This document shows, one piece after another, positions 19,736 to 30,400 of a DNA stretch of 64,000 bases. Within the stretch, counting starts at the first letter, position 1; each line of letters starts with the position of its first letter. This stretch comes from an uncultured Armatimonadetes bacterium (GTDB taxonomy: Bacteria > Armatimonadota > UBA5829 > DTJY01), in assembly GCA_963717145.1 (NCBI GenBank), contig OY970325.1, positions 2,112,001 through 2,176,000 on the forward strand, in the 5' to 3' direction. The notes under the pieces were generated by a model, which had not been told where the DNA came from, made no database searches, and saw only the letters and a list, made by a program, of their open reading frames with translations. The position numbers and the translations under genes were made by a program.

Positions 19736-22702
19736 ATGAAGCACCCGGTCCTCAGTCTTGCAGTACTGGCAGTTGCACTACTCATACTCTGCGCCGCAGC
19801 ATCTTCAGCGGTCATCTACGTCAAGTATGACTCCCCCGGCCCGACCTTCGACGGTACATCGTGGGACAAGGCGTTCCACACCGTACAAGCCGGCCTCAGT
19901 GCCGCCACCTCCGGCGGCGAGGTCCGAGTCGCACGGGGCACCTACGTCGAACGCATCACCCTGAAGGCGGGCGTTGCACTCTACGGCGGCTATTCCGGCG
20001 CCGGGGACACGAGGAACATAGCGACCTATCCTGCCATACTGGACGGAAACCAGGGCGGCTCGGTGGTGAGGTCGCCTTCCGGGGCAACCAGCACTACGCG
20101 CATAGACGGCTTCACAATCCGAAAGGGAAGGGCCTCATCCAATGGCGGCGGGATATACTGTTCCTCCTCTTCGCCGACTATCACGAACAACACGATTGCG
20201 GGGAACGAAGCGACCGGCGGAGGCGGTGGGATATACTGCTACTCATGGTCACCGGCGATCGCCAACAACACTATAACAGGAAACTACGCGTCCGACGGGG
20301 GCGGTATATTCTGCGAATCCTCGGGGGCGACGATAACGAACAACCTGATCGCCAGGAACTACGCCTCTTCGGGCGTAGGCGAGGGAGACGGCGGTGGGAT
20401 ATTCTGCAAGTCCTCGTCGTCGAGTGTGATCAGCAACAACACCATTAGGGAGAACTTCGCTCCATATGGCGGCGCGATATGCTGCACCAGCTCCTCGCCT
20501 GCTATCATGGCTAACCTGATTGCTGAGAACAGCGCGACCAAAGGCGGCGGCATATACTGCAGTGACCCTGCTTCCTCGCCCACTATAGCGAACAACACCC
20601 TCAGAGGAAACAGGGCTACCTCCAACGGTGGCGGGTTGCACTGCTCCTCCGCCCCGGTCATCACAAACAACACTGTGATTGGAAACAGCGCAGCCTCTGG
20701 TGGAGGCGGGGCATACTTGGGTGTCTGGTCGCCAGCAGTTTCGAACAACCTCGTGGCGTTCAACTCCTCAGGGATAGACTGCAGTCACAGCGGAACTCCT
20801 GTTCTTCGGAACAACTGCGTGTACGGGAACACTGCCTACAACTACCATGACCTCTCCGAGGGGGTTGGAGACATATCGGTCGATCCTTTGCTCGCCGGTG
20901 CAGAGTACGGCAATATGCATATCCAGGCCGGATCACCCTGTCTGAACGCCGGATGGAACGGTGCGCCTGGGCTTCCTGAGACCGACATGGACGGCCAGCC
21001 GAGAATACATGCAGGAACAGTGGACATAGGTGCGGATGAGTCGGATGCGACGGTCTGGTCTCCCGGACCCTACGTGATCGTTCGCGTGAGCCCATCCGGA
21101 AATGACGCCAATGACGGGTCGAGTTGGGCGCTGGCGAAGAAGACGGTGCAGGCGGGGATCGAGGCCGCGTCGGCCCTTGGTGGAGAAGTCTGGGTGAAGG
21201 CAGGTACGTACAACGAGCGGATCGTACTCCAGACTTACGCCTACGTCTACGGCGGCTTTGGGGGAATGGAGAACTCCAGAGCCGAAAGAAACTGGACTGC
21301 GAACAAGTCGATACTGGACGGAGGAGCCAGCGGCTCCGTTGTCATTGCCAGGGTCGGGCAACAGGTGAGCGCAATAGACGGCTTCACGATCCGCAACGGA
21401 TACGCGCACTCTGGTGGGGGCGTATACTGCTCAGTTTCCTCGCCAACGATCGCGAACAATGTGATCGGTGGAAACACCGCATACTACGCCGGCGGTGCGA
21501 TATATTGCGCCGGCGCCTCACCCACTATCACCAACAACAGAATCATGTGGAACAGTGCAATGGGCGGCGGTGGGATATTCTGCGACTTCTCAGCCGCTCC
21601 CACGATTACCAACAACGCGATCTCGGGAAACACCGCGTCTTTGCATGGCGGTGGAGTGAGCTGTGAGTCCTCCTCGACCCCGACCATTACGAACAACACC
21701 ATCCTGGTCAATACCGCATCCATGAGCGGCGGAGGGCTCTACAGCAGTTACTCCTCACCTAAGGTATCGAACAACATCATTGCCTTCAATTCCTCCGGGA
21801 TATACAGAGACGGTTGGACGCCAACCCTTCACAGCAACTGCGTGTTCGGCAACCATGGCTACGACTACTCAGGCATCTCCGCCGGGACCGACGATATATC
21901 GGCCGATCCTCTCATAGTGGACTGGGGGAGTGGCGATCACCACCTCATGCCACTCTCACCCTGCATCAACGCCGGATGGAACGAGGCGCCGGGTCTGCCG
22001 TTGTTCGACATGGACGGCGACGGACGGGTGTTCGGGCGCAAGGTCGATATCGGCGCGGACGAGTTCTGGTCGCCTGAAATGAGCATCTCCGATACCCGAT
22101 ACGCCGCCGATGGGGCGAAGATCAGCGGTCAGGGCACGATCGTCACCGCCGCGTTCTCTGACTGTTTCTACATCGAGGCGGAAGACCGGTCGTCCGGCAT
22201 CCGAGTCGAGAAGTCGGACCACGGAGTCCAGACGGGCGACAGAGCCGACGTGACCGGCATGTTGAAGACCAACGACGACGGCGAGCGCTACATCGAGGCA
22301 TCGAGCGTTTCATTGAGCGGAACAGGCAGCATCGCTCCGGTACGCGTCACCGGCAGAACGCTCGGAGGCGGCAACTGGTTCTACAATCCCGCGACGGGCG
22401 CGGGTCAACAGGGCGTGCTCGGTGGCGCAGGGCTGAACAACATCGGCCTGCTGGTGCGCACGTGGGGCAAGGTGACGCATGTGGGCGACGGCTTCTTCTA
22501 CTTCGACGACGGCTCGAATCTGCGAGAGGGCTCGGGGTTCGCGGGAGTGAAGGCACTCGTCGCCGGGCCGGGGCTACCGGCGGAAGGCGACTACATAAGG
22601 AGCACTGGGATCAGTTCATGCTTCCGCGACGGAGAGAACCTGCACAGACTGCTCAGGGTCCAGGAGTGGTCGAAGGAGCAGTCTGCTACGCCCATCCCTT
22701 GA
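19736..22702 (+). CDS. Secreted protein: two tandem right-handed beta-helix modules (GGGIYC repeats) and C-terminal double-OB-like domain
   Basis: Signal peptide; duplicated SW..A..TVQAG/GTY.ERI/DIGADE modules; C-terminal GLNNIGLLVRTWGKVT. Confidence 0.9.
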   Translation: MKHPVLSLAVLAVALLILCAAASSAVIYVKYDSPGPTFDGTSWDKAFHTVQAGLSAATSGGEVRVARGTYVERITLKAGVALYGGYSGAGDTRNIATYPAILDGNQGGSVVRSPSGATSTTRIDGFTIRKGRASSNGGGIYCSSSSPTITNNTIAGNEATGGGGGIYCYSWSPAIANNTITGNYASDGGGIFCESSGATITNNLIARNYASSGVGEGDGGGIFCKSSSSSVISNNTIRENFAPYGGAICCTSSSPAIMANLIAENSATKGGGIYCSDPASSPTIANNTLRGNRATSNGGGLHCSSAPVITNNTVIGNSAASGGGGAYLGVWSPAVSNNLVAFNSSGIDCSHSGTPVLRNNCVYGNTAYNYHDLSEGVGDISVDPLLAGAEYGNMHIQAGSPCLNAGWNGAPGLPETDMDGQPRIHAGTVDIGADESDATVWSPGPYVIVRVSPSGNDANDGSSWALAKKTVQAGIEAASALGGEVWVKAGTYNERIVLQTYAYVYGGFGGMENSRAERNWTANKSILDGGASGSVVIARVGQQVSAIDGFTIRNGYAHSGGGVYCSVSSPTIANNVIGGNTAYYAGGAIYCAGASPTITNNRIMWNSAMGGGGIFCDFSAAPTITNNAISGNTASLHGGGVSCESSSTPTITNNTILVNTASMSGGGLYSSYSSPKVSNNIIAFNSSGIYRDGWTPTLHSNCVFGNHGYDYSGISAGTDDISADPLIVDWGSGDHHLMPLSPCINAGWNEAPGLPLFDMDGDGRVFGRKVDIGADEFWSPEMSISDTRYAADGAKISGQGTIVTAAFSDCFYIEAEDRSSGIRVEKSDHGVQTGDRADVTGMLKTNDDGERYIEASSVSLSGTGSIAPVRVTGRTLGGGNWFYNPATGAGQQGVLGGAGLNNIGLLVRTWGKVTHVGDGFFYFDDGSNLREGSGFAGVKALVAGPGLPAEGDYIRSTGISSCFRDGENLHRLLRVQEWSKEQSATPIP

Positions 22703-22811
22703 GGACCAACCCGGATCACTCCTCACTCATCTCCAAACATTCTGACTCTTCGGCTATGACGCCCTGGCGTCCTCGAACTGCCGTTTTCCTCACGTCTGGT
22801 ATTTATACGGA

Positions 22812-22840
22812 TTGACGGATGGCAATCCCGGGTCTACAAT
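22812..22840 (+). promoter_or_regulatory. sigma70 promoter
   Basis: TTGACG-N17-TACAAT. Confidence 0.6.
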
Positions 22841-22894
22841 GGATTGGTGCTTCCCCGATTCAAAACCGCAGGCCGATTCCGAAGAGGTTGTCAG

Positions 22895-23926
22895 ATGAAA
22901 TTCCGCCGCTTGCTTACCATATACGTGCTTTCGATTGCTCTATTTGCGTCCGCTCCGTGCGCCGCCGATCCTCCGCCGGTCACGTCGATCATCGACGCAA
23001 AGCTGGCAGCCGATACCACGCCCGTTTCGCTGACCGGAGCGATCGTCACAGCGGCGAATAGCAGCCTGTTCTACATCGAGGCGGATGACCGCTCGTCCGG
23101 AATGTACGCGCAGAAGGATGCGCACGGCAAGTCCGGCGGCATGCGCGCGAATGTGACAGGGACCGTGCAGACGGACTCTGATGGCCAGAGGTATATCGCC
23201 GCCGACACCGCAACTGAGAACGGCGCCGGAAGCGTTCAGCCGATCGCTCTATCCAACAGGGATGTGGGCGGCTCGGACCTGCCTTCGAGCATCGCGGGCG
23301 GTGGCCAGAAGGGCGTACCGGGCGGCGTCGGACTGAACAACATCGGCCTGCTGGTGCGCATCAGGGGCAGGGTCACGTATGGCGGTGACGGCTTCTTCTA
23401 CATAGACGATGGTCAGGGGCTCGTCGACGGCTCAGGCTATCGAGGCGTGAAGGTCATCGGCTACATGCCGCTGTGCGACGGGATGGATCCGCTCGGTTGG
23501 TACGTGGAGGTGACCGGACTGAGTGTCATCTCCCGAAACATCGACGGTCCGTGCCGAGCGGTCTGGAGCACCAAGGTGTCGCTGGTGAGCCTGATCGACA
23601 CGCCTTCCGGGCTGGCCTATGCGAATCTCCGAGTCGGCACGGGCGCAACTGCGGAGGCGGGATCTACGGTTGCAGTTCACTACACCCTGTGGCTGACAAC
23701 CTGCCAGGAGATGGATAGCTCGGTGGGTCGAGGGCCATTGGAGTTCACTCTCGGCCAGGGACAAGTCATCGCCGGCTTCGACGGGGGTATTCTCGGCATG
23801 AAGGTCGGCGGCAAGAGATTCCTGGTCATCCCACCAGAACTTGGCTATGGCGCGGGAGGCACTCTGACGATACCACCGAACTCCTACCTGCTCTTTGAAG
23901 TCGAACTGGTCTCAGTATCGAACTAG
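22895..23926 (+). CDS. Secreted double-OB-like domain fused to an FKBP-type PPIase
   Basis: Signal peptide MKFRRLL; GLNNIGLLVR; FKBP motifs VHYT, DSS, GQVIAGFDGGILGMKVGGKR, IPPELGYG, FEVEL. Confidence 0.9.
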   Translation: MKFRRLLTIYVLSIALFASAPCAADPPPVTSIIDAKLAADTTPVSLTGAIVTAANSSLFYIEADDRSSGMYAQKDAHGKSGGMRANVTGTVQTDSDGQRYIAADTATENGAGSVQPIALSNRDVGGSDLPSSIAGGGQKGVPGGVGLNNIGLLVRIRGRVTYGGDGFFYIDDGQGLVDGSGYRGVKVIGYMPLCDGMDPLGWYVEVTGLSVISRNIDGPCRAVWSTKVSLVSLIDTPSGLAYANLRVGTGATAEAGSTVAVHYTLWLTTCQEMDSSVGRGPLEFTLGQGQVIAGFDGGILGMKVGGKRFLVIPPELGYGAGGTLTIPPNSYLLFEVELVSVSN

Positions 23927-23928
23927 GC

Positions 23929-24441
23929 TCACGCGCCCACGCCGCGCGAGATATCCCACACTATCAGCGCCAGAGTGAGCGCCATCAGGGCGAGTGGCAG
24001 GTAGGAGAGCAACAGCTCGCTTCCGAACTGGGGCTCGTCGGACGAGAGATCGGATACCGCATAGGCCACGGCTTTGTCCTCATGCCATCCAAACCGCTTG
24101 AAGGCGATCGGCACGTACAACATCTGCTTCCCGCCGAGCCGTTCGAGCCAGAGACTGAAACCTATCGCCCCCAGGATCGAGCTGACGACAACCGCCCCGA
24201 ATGCCGTCAGCACGGCATGCCCCTCTGCCCGGTGAAACCACATCAACGAGCAGCCGATCATTACCACGACGAGTACCGGGATGAACGCGCCCCTGAGGAT
24301 CAGCGTGCGGACCGGGCATTTCGCGAGCCTGATCGAGAGGCCGAGCGCAACGCCGTAGTAGACGAAGAAGAGGCCTATCAGGGTGTAGCGCAATATGAGG
24401 GACAGGTTGTCGGCAAGATCCATCTCGAAGACCTCTTCCAT
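23929..24441 (-). CDS. Hypothetical membrane protein (about 4 TM helices)
   Basis: Hydrophobic ORF filling the gap; no recognised motif. Confidence 0.65.
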   Translation of the reverse strand: MEEVFEMDLADNLSLILRYTLIGLFFVYYGVALGLSIRLAKCPVRTLILRGAFIPVLVVVMIGCSLMWFHRAEGHAVLTAFGAVVVSSILGAIGFSLWLERLGGKQMLYVPIAFKRFGWHEDKAVAYAVSDLSSDEPQFGSELLLSYLPLALMALTLALIVWDISRGVGA

Positions 24442-24496
24442 AGTCTCAGCATATTCAGTGTTCGCCGCCCGAACGATTCCTCCTGCCCCACCCTCC

Positions 24497-24584
24497 TGCC
24501 CATGTAGTGGCCGCGCCTCCGTGCCGGCCAGGGATCGTTTCGCGACCGAATGGCCGGCACGGAGGCGCGGCCACTACATGGGCA
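24497..24584. repeat. REP-like palindrome, family C
   Basis: TGCCCATGTAGTGGCCGCGCCTCCGTGCCGGCCA and its inverse. Confidence 0.92.
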
Positions 24585-24626
24585 CATAAGCAGGAGAAAC
24601 GCGGTTCGTAGCCAATGGTTAGCTTG

Positions 24627-24944
24627 ATGAAACACCCAGCGCTGATACTGTCCTGCCTCGTATTGGTGTTCTGCTTATCGGTAGCCTGTGCCGGTCCGCC
24701 CCTCGAGGTCCAGTCGTCCGAGACGGGCAAGACCGAGTGGATTGGTGATTGGAACGCCGCCGTGAAGCGGAACACCGACGGCTATTCGGTCGAGATGCGA
24801 ATCCCCTTCTCGATCCTCAAGTACAGCTCGCAGGCCCCAAACATCAGTGTCGCGTTCATCCGGCATCATGCGGGGAGAACCCAGGTTCTCTGCATGCGGC
24901 CACTCGAGGCATCCCGCGATCAGTCATGCTCCTTCGATGGCTGA
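24627..24944 (+). pseudogene. Truncated relic of a secreted CBM9-like protein
   Basis: Signal peptide, then only WIGDWNAAVKRNTDGYSVEMRIPFSILKY before degenerating. Confidence 0.5.
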
Positions 24945-24998
24945 ACACGAATCGAATTCGGGCAGGTCGGACTCCGCTTGTGGTACAATGTCCACGCA

Positions 24999-27272
24999 AT
25001 GGCAGATACACAGACAATACTGTTCGGCGCGGACTCGACTGCGGGGATCGTGGCGGTGGAGACTCTCGACTCGGAAGCGATCGTGTATCGCCGTCAGGGC
25101 GACACGGTCACCGAGTCGCGCGAGCCGTTTCGTCCGTGGCTGATCGTGGCCGACCGGAACGAGATCCCCTCGGACTGGAACACCGCCGAGGTGACCGAAC
25201 TCGAGGGCGATGGGTATCGCTTCCTCGTCACCGTCCCGAGCTGGAAGGCATTCCTGACCGCGCGGGATGCATTGCGCGCCAAGAAGGCCGACCACGTCTC
25301 CTATGCCAACCCGGAGAAGCAGTTCCTCCTGCGGTCCGGCAAGACGCTCTTCAAGGGCATGACGTTCGACGATGTCCACCGCATGCAGTTCGACATCGAG
25401 ACCTCCAGCCTCTCATCGGACGACGAATACGCGCGCATCCTGCTGATCGCCGTGTCCGACAACCACGGGTTCGAGGCGATCATCGAGGGCGACGAGGCCG
25501 ATATGCTAGCGGGATTCGTCTGCATGGTCCGGGAGCGCGACCCGGATGTGCTCGAGGGACACAACGTCTTCGGCTTCGATCTGCCGTTCATCTCGGCGCG
25601 CGCTCGGAAGGCCGGCATCACTCTGGAACTGGGCAGGGACGGCTCGGAGCTGCGTTACGGCTCGGAGCGCAGTTGTCCGATGGGCGGGATGTCGCGGCCG
25701 TTCATCCCGGCGTACATCCACGGCCGGCACATCATCGACACGATGTTCTCCACCCAGCGGTTCGACATCGCCAGGGGACAGCTCGACCGGTATGGCCTCA
25801 AGGAGTGCGCGGTGACTCTCGGGCTCGCCGAGCCGGAGCGGGTCTACATCCCCGGCGACCAGATTGCGCCTCTGTGGGAGGCCGACCCGGAGACCGTCAA
25901 GCTCTACGCCCGGCATGACGTGCGCGAGACCCGGCGGCTGGCGGCTTTGGTCTGCCCGGCGGAGTTCTATCTCTCGCAGATGGCGCCGGATGTCTACCAG
26001 ACGGTCGCGACCTCCGGCACCGGCGAGAAGATCAATGCGATCCTGATCCGCGAGTACCTTCGGCAGGGACACGCGATCGCCCAGGCGCGTCCGGGGCGAG
26101 CGGTCGTCGGAGGTTACACCGAGCTTCGGGAGTCGGGACTGATCCGCCGGATCGTCAAGTGCGATGTCGAGAGCCTGTATCCGAGCCTGATGCTTAGCAT
26201 GGGGATCAAGCCCTCCACCGACACGCTCGATGTCTTCCTCCCGGCCCTCGGGGAGTTGACCCGTCGCCGGTTCGAGGCGAAGGCGAAGGCCCGGTCGAAG
26301 TCGGATGACCCGCCCACGGCTGTAGGGGCGTGCCTTGTGCCGCCCGGTACGTCGTCGCGGGCGGCACAAGGCACGCCCCTACAGCCGTTGGGTCGGGCTG
26401 AGGGTGATCGTTCGGCACACGAGCGGGCGTACTGGGACGGCCTGCAGAACTCGTTCAAGATCCTGATCAACTCGTTCTACGGCTACCTCGGGGCGACCCC
26501 ATTCCATTTCAACGACATGGACGCGGCCGAGAAGGTGACCACATCGGGCCAGCGGATCGTGAAGCAGATCTCCGACTCGATCGAGCGACTCGGGGGCCGG
26601 GTGATCGAGATCGACACCGACGGCGTCTACTTCCAGCCGCCGGAATCGGTGGACACTCTCGAGGCCGAGGAAGCGTTCGTCGATGAGATCGGCGGTGAAC
26701 TCCCGGAGGGGATCCGCCTCGCGCACGACGGACGATATGCCGCGATGCTCTCGCTCAAGGTGAAGAACTACATCCTCGTGGGCCATGATGGGAAGAAGAC
26801 GTTCAAGGGCGCGTCGGTTCGCTCGCGGGCGGATGAGCCGTTCGGGCGGGAGTTCATCTCAGCGGCGGTGGACCTCCTCCTCAATGATGACAAGCATGGG
26901 GTGAGCCGTCTCTACAAGGAGCTGATGGAGCGCATCACCGGGAAGGAGCTGCCGGTCGCGCAGTTCGCCCGCCGGGAGCGGATCACTCCGCGGACGTTCG
27001 CCAGCAGCCAGCGGAAGAGGCTCGCGATCGCGGCGGAGGGGCTCAGAGTCGGCGAGTATATCACGGTCTACGAGCGGATCGACGGCACTCTGGGATTGAT
27101 CGAGGAGTACGACTGCGACGAGAACACCGAGCATCTCCTCGACAAGCTGTACAAGTTCGCATGCCGCCTGCGGGAGGCCTTCGGAGACGAGTTCGACGAT
27201 CTCTTCCCGAACCCGGCATTCGGCGCGCGCGCTCGGAAGGCGGAGGCGCAGGGGCAGCAGAGCTTGTTCTAG
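24999..27272 (+). CDS. polB: Family B DNA polymerase with 3'-5' exonuclease
   Basis: ExoI FDIET, ExoII GHNVFGFDL, motif A DVESLYPS, motif B KILINSFYGYLG, motif C IDTDG. Confidence 0.95.
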   Translation: MADTQTILFGADSTAGIVAVETLDSEAIVYRRQGDTVTESREPFRPWLIVADRNEIPSDWNTAEVTELEGDGYRFLVTVPSWKAFLTARDALRAKKADHVSYANPEKQFLLRSGKTLFKGMTFDDVHRMQFDIETSSLSSDDEYARILLIAVSDNHGFEAIIEGDEADMLAGFVCMVRERDPDVLEGHNVFGFDLPFISARARKAGITLELGRDGSELRYGSERSCPMGGMSRPFIPAYIHGRHIIDTMFSTQRFDIARGQLDRYGLKECAVTLGLAEPERVYIPGDQIAPLWEADPETVKLYARHDVRETRRLAALVCPAEFYLSQMAPDVYQTVATSGTGEKINAILIREYLRQGHAIAQARPGRAVVGGYTELRESGLIRRIVKCDVESLYPSLMLSMGIKPSTDTLDVFLPALGELTRRRFEAKAKARSKSDDPPTAVGACLVPPGTSSRAAQGTPLQPLGRAEGDRSAHERAYWDGLQNSFKILINSFYGYLGATPFHFNDMDAAEKVTTSGQRIVKQISDSIERLGGRVIEIDTDGVYFQPPESVDTLEAEEAFVDEIGGELPEGIRLAHDGRYAAMLSLKVKNYILVGHDGKKTFKGASVRSRADEPFGREFISAAVDLLLNDDKHGVSRLYKELMERITGKELPVAQFARRERITPRTFASSQRKRLAIAAEGLRVGEYITVYERIDGTLGLIEEYDCDENTEHLLDKLYKFACRLREAFGDEFDDLFPNPAFGARARKAEAQGQQSLF
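26316..26388. repeat. Family D palindrome inserted in frame in polB
   Basis: ACGGCTGTAGGGGCGTGCCTTGTGCCGCCCG...CGGGCGGCACAAGGCACGCCCCTACAGCCGT. Confidence 0.93.
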
Positions 27273-27321
27273 CCGCACAGCGTTGGGGATGGATTTGGAC
27301 TCCATCCCCAAGACACCGTGA

Positions 27322-27422
27322 GTCCTGAGTGCGCCGGTGAATGACGGCGTGTATCGAAGGACGGCCTTGGTGCACTGAGCCGTCCTTCGATACACGCCGT
27401 CATTCACCGGCGCACTCAGGAC
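27322..27422. repeat. Family A palindrome copy 2
   Basis: Same arms as 281-401, between convergent genes. Confidence 0.95.
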
Positions 27423-27450
27423 CACCGTACTGGTTTTCCTGGGGGACAGG

Positions 27451-30400
27451 TCATAGGCCGGTGAGCTTGCGCACATCCTCCGGCCTGCGGGTGAGGATGC
27501 GGCGGGCGATGCCGGAAGGGGTCCAGAGGCAGGAACTGATGCCGGTGACCTCGACCTTCTCGCCGCTTGAATACCCCGCTGGGTCACATATCACCCGCAC
27601 CCCGACGTTCTCCGTTTCGCCGGTCGAAGTCCCATCCCTCAGCCCCGACCCATCGTCGACGTAGAGGTAGTCCGCGCCGATCTGGGTAACCTTGCCCCAT
27701 GTGCGGATGAGCAGACCGATGCTGTTGAGGCCAAATCCATAGCCCATACCGGACTGGATGCCAAAGCCCGACCCACCCAGATAGAGTGAAGGCAGCCCAA
27801 GCGGTCTGAGTGTTTGCAGCTGTGCGGTAACCAGGACACTAGAAGCCTGAATGACCATTTCGCCGTCCATATCTACCTCAGAGCCAACAACCCTCACCAG
27901 GTCGCCCTCCTGAACGGAAGTAGTGGAGTCAATGACGCCGATGGCGCACTTGCGATCTAGGTCGGCAACGTAAAACCTGTCAGGCAGCACGGCGGTCACT
28001 ACCCGATCGGAGATCACCTTGGGCATCGAGTCGAGTCGCAGCTTCATCTCGGAGACGCTGCCTGTACCGCCGGGCGCGAGTGCCTCGCCGAACGACGGAG
28101 CGTAGGTGGCATCTACCCCGCTGCACAGCGCGTAGCCGGGAGGAGCAGAGTGGAGGATGGAGAAGCCTGCCAAGGACCCGCCGGCCGCAATCGTGTTCGG
28201 GCCGAAGCTGCCTTGCACCCAGCCGTTCTCGGACTCCTGGGTGAACCAGGTTATCGCCCCCTGCTCGTAGTCCAGCCTGTAGGTCCAGCCGGTTGGTGAA
28301 GTGACTTGGACTGGGAAGCCGGACTCCTTGTTGTAGTACACAGTCCAAGACCAGACCGGGGAGGCGGCCGTTGTTGGTCACATTGTAGCTGATAAGCCAG
28401 TCTTCCTCGGATGCTGTTACACTGGGAGCGACCGAGAGCGCTCCGGGATCAGTCGCCGCGATTGTTGCTTTCGTCCTGTATAGTGTTGCGTCGGCCTTGG
28501 GCAGCTCGGTTACTCCGAGCAGTCCATTGGAGTCTCGATGACTGGTGAAGGTGGATTTGAGATCGTCGCACTTTGTCTCGATCGCATACACGCACTCGCT
28601 GCCGATGATCCGCAGTACGTCGTAGATAGTCATCGCAGTGAATACGTTCTTGAGGGCGGACTCGCTTGTGTGAATGCCGATATGGGAGAGCGCCGTGCAG
28701 AGTTTCACGCGCTGTTCCGGCGACGCGGCGAAGCCGCGCAAAGCCCAGACTACCCGGCGAACCGTTTCCGCCCACTCCCACCCTGAACTGGGTCTGGAAT
28801 TGAATGCCTTTGCCGCGCTGTATATCGCTCCGATCTCCCTAAACTCCGGGTAGAAGGCGGCCAGTGATGCGGGACTCACTCCGCTTCCTCCGGGTACCAC
28901 CTTCAAGACAATCTCAAGAATCGTCAGGAGGCCGCCAGTCCCATCGAAAGCAAGGCTCATTGTGACCGATTGGCCCGCATCACTAAACTCTCCCATCCAG
29001 GCGACAGTGCCCTTGGGATTGGCTACTCCAAAGTAGCCAAGAACCTCCTCAATGCTCCCACCCGTCGGTGCACTGGCGGTCGCGCCCTCGCTCGCCGATG
29101 CTCGCAGGTGGAACCACAGGTTGAGGTAGTGAGTCATGAGGAGTTTCGCTTCCAGGCAGTCCGCCGTCTGGACGATCGGCTCGTAGGTGCTGTCGGCCAG
29201 ACCAAATGTATATGTGTCGTCCGTCTCAAGATGGAGACTGCCTGGTGTTGGCTGTGCCACATCCCGTATGCGCAGGATGGCACTCCCCGAGGATGTCGCC
29301 CCACCGGGGCTGGTCGCGTACGCGACAAACTTCACTGTGCTACCGCGCGCGAACATGAGGAAGGAAGTAGGGAACGACAGCGTGAACGAAGACCCGCTAG
29401 ATCGGAGCATAGAAAGCTCTGGGAAACCGCGTGTCACACCTTCACACCTCAACCGCACCGACGTTGCTCCCAGTGCATAGGCGGTCACCGTAAGTGGCTG
29501 TCCGATCTCCACAGTGCTGGGCGAGAGAGCCACCGTAACAGGCGTGCCCGTGCCGCTCCCCGTTCCATTGATCCCAATGCTGTACCCATAGCCCGCCGCT
29601 ACCGCTACAAACCCGATGTTCGGCGAAGACACATTGCACTGTCCGCACTCGTTATCTCCCCACGCGACGACTGACCCGTCTGCTCTTAGGCCTAGGCTGT
29701 GCGTCCAGCCCGTTGCCACCGCTACGAATCCCGTGTTCGGCGAAGGCACGCTGCACTGGCCGTAGGAGTTGTCCCCCCAGGCGACGATCGAACCGTTTGC
29801 CTTCAGGCCCAAGCTGTGGACAAGGCCCGCCGCGACAGCCACGAATTCGGTGTTCGGTGAGGGCACGTTGCGCTGGCCGTAGTTGTTGTACCCCCAAGCG
29901 ACTATCGAGCCGTTTGCCTTGAGGCCCAAGCTGTAGTATGTGCCGGCCGCGACCGCCACGAATCCCGTGTTCGGTGAGGGCACACTACACTGGCCCGCAT
30001 AGTGCCCATCATAAGTACTATTGCTACCCCACGCAAGAACCGAGCCGTCTGCCTTGAGGCCCAGGCTGTGGTTGTAACCTGCCGCGATCCCCACAAATCC
30101 TGTGTTCGGCAAGGGTAGGTTACACTGTCCGTACTCGTTATCCCCCCACGCAAGGACCGAGCCGTCTGCCTTGAGGCCCAGGCTGTGGGACTCGCCCGCC
30201 ACTACAGCCATGAACCCCGTGTTCGGCGAAGGCACGTTGCACACGCCGCGGCGGTTCCATCCCCAAGCGACGAGGGAGCCGTCTGCTTTCAGGCCCAAGC
30301 TGTGGTAACGTCCCGCCGCGACTGCCGCGAATCCCGTGTTCGGCAGAGGCACGTTGCACTGGCCGCAGTCGTTCCATCCCCAGGCCACGATCGAGCCGTC

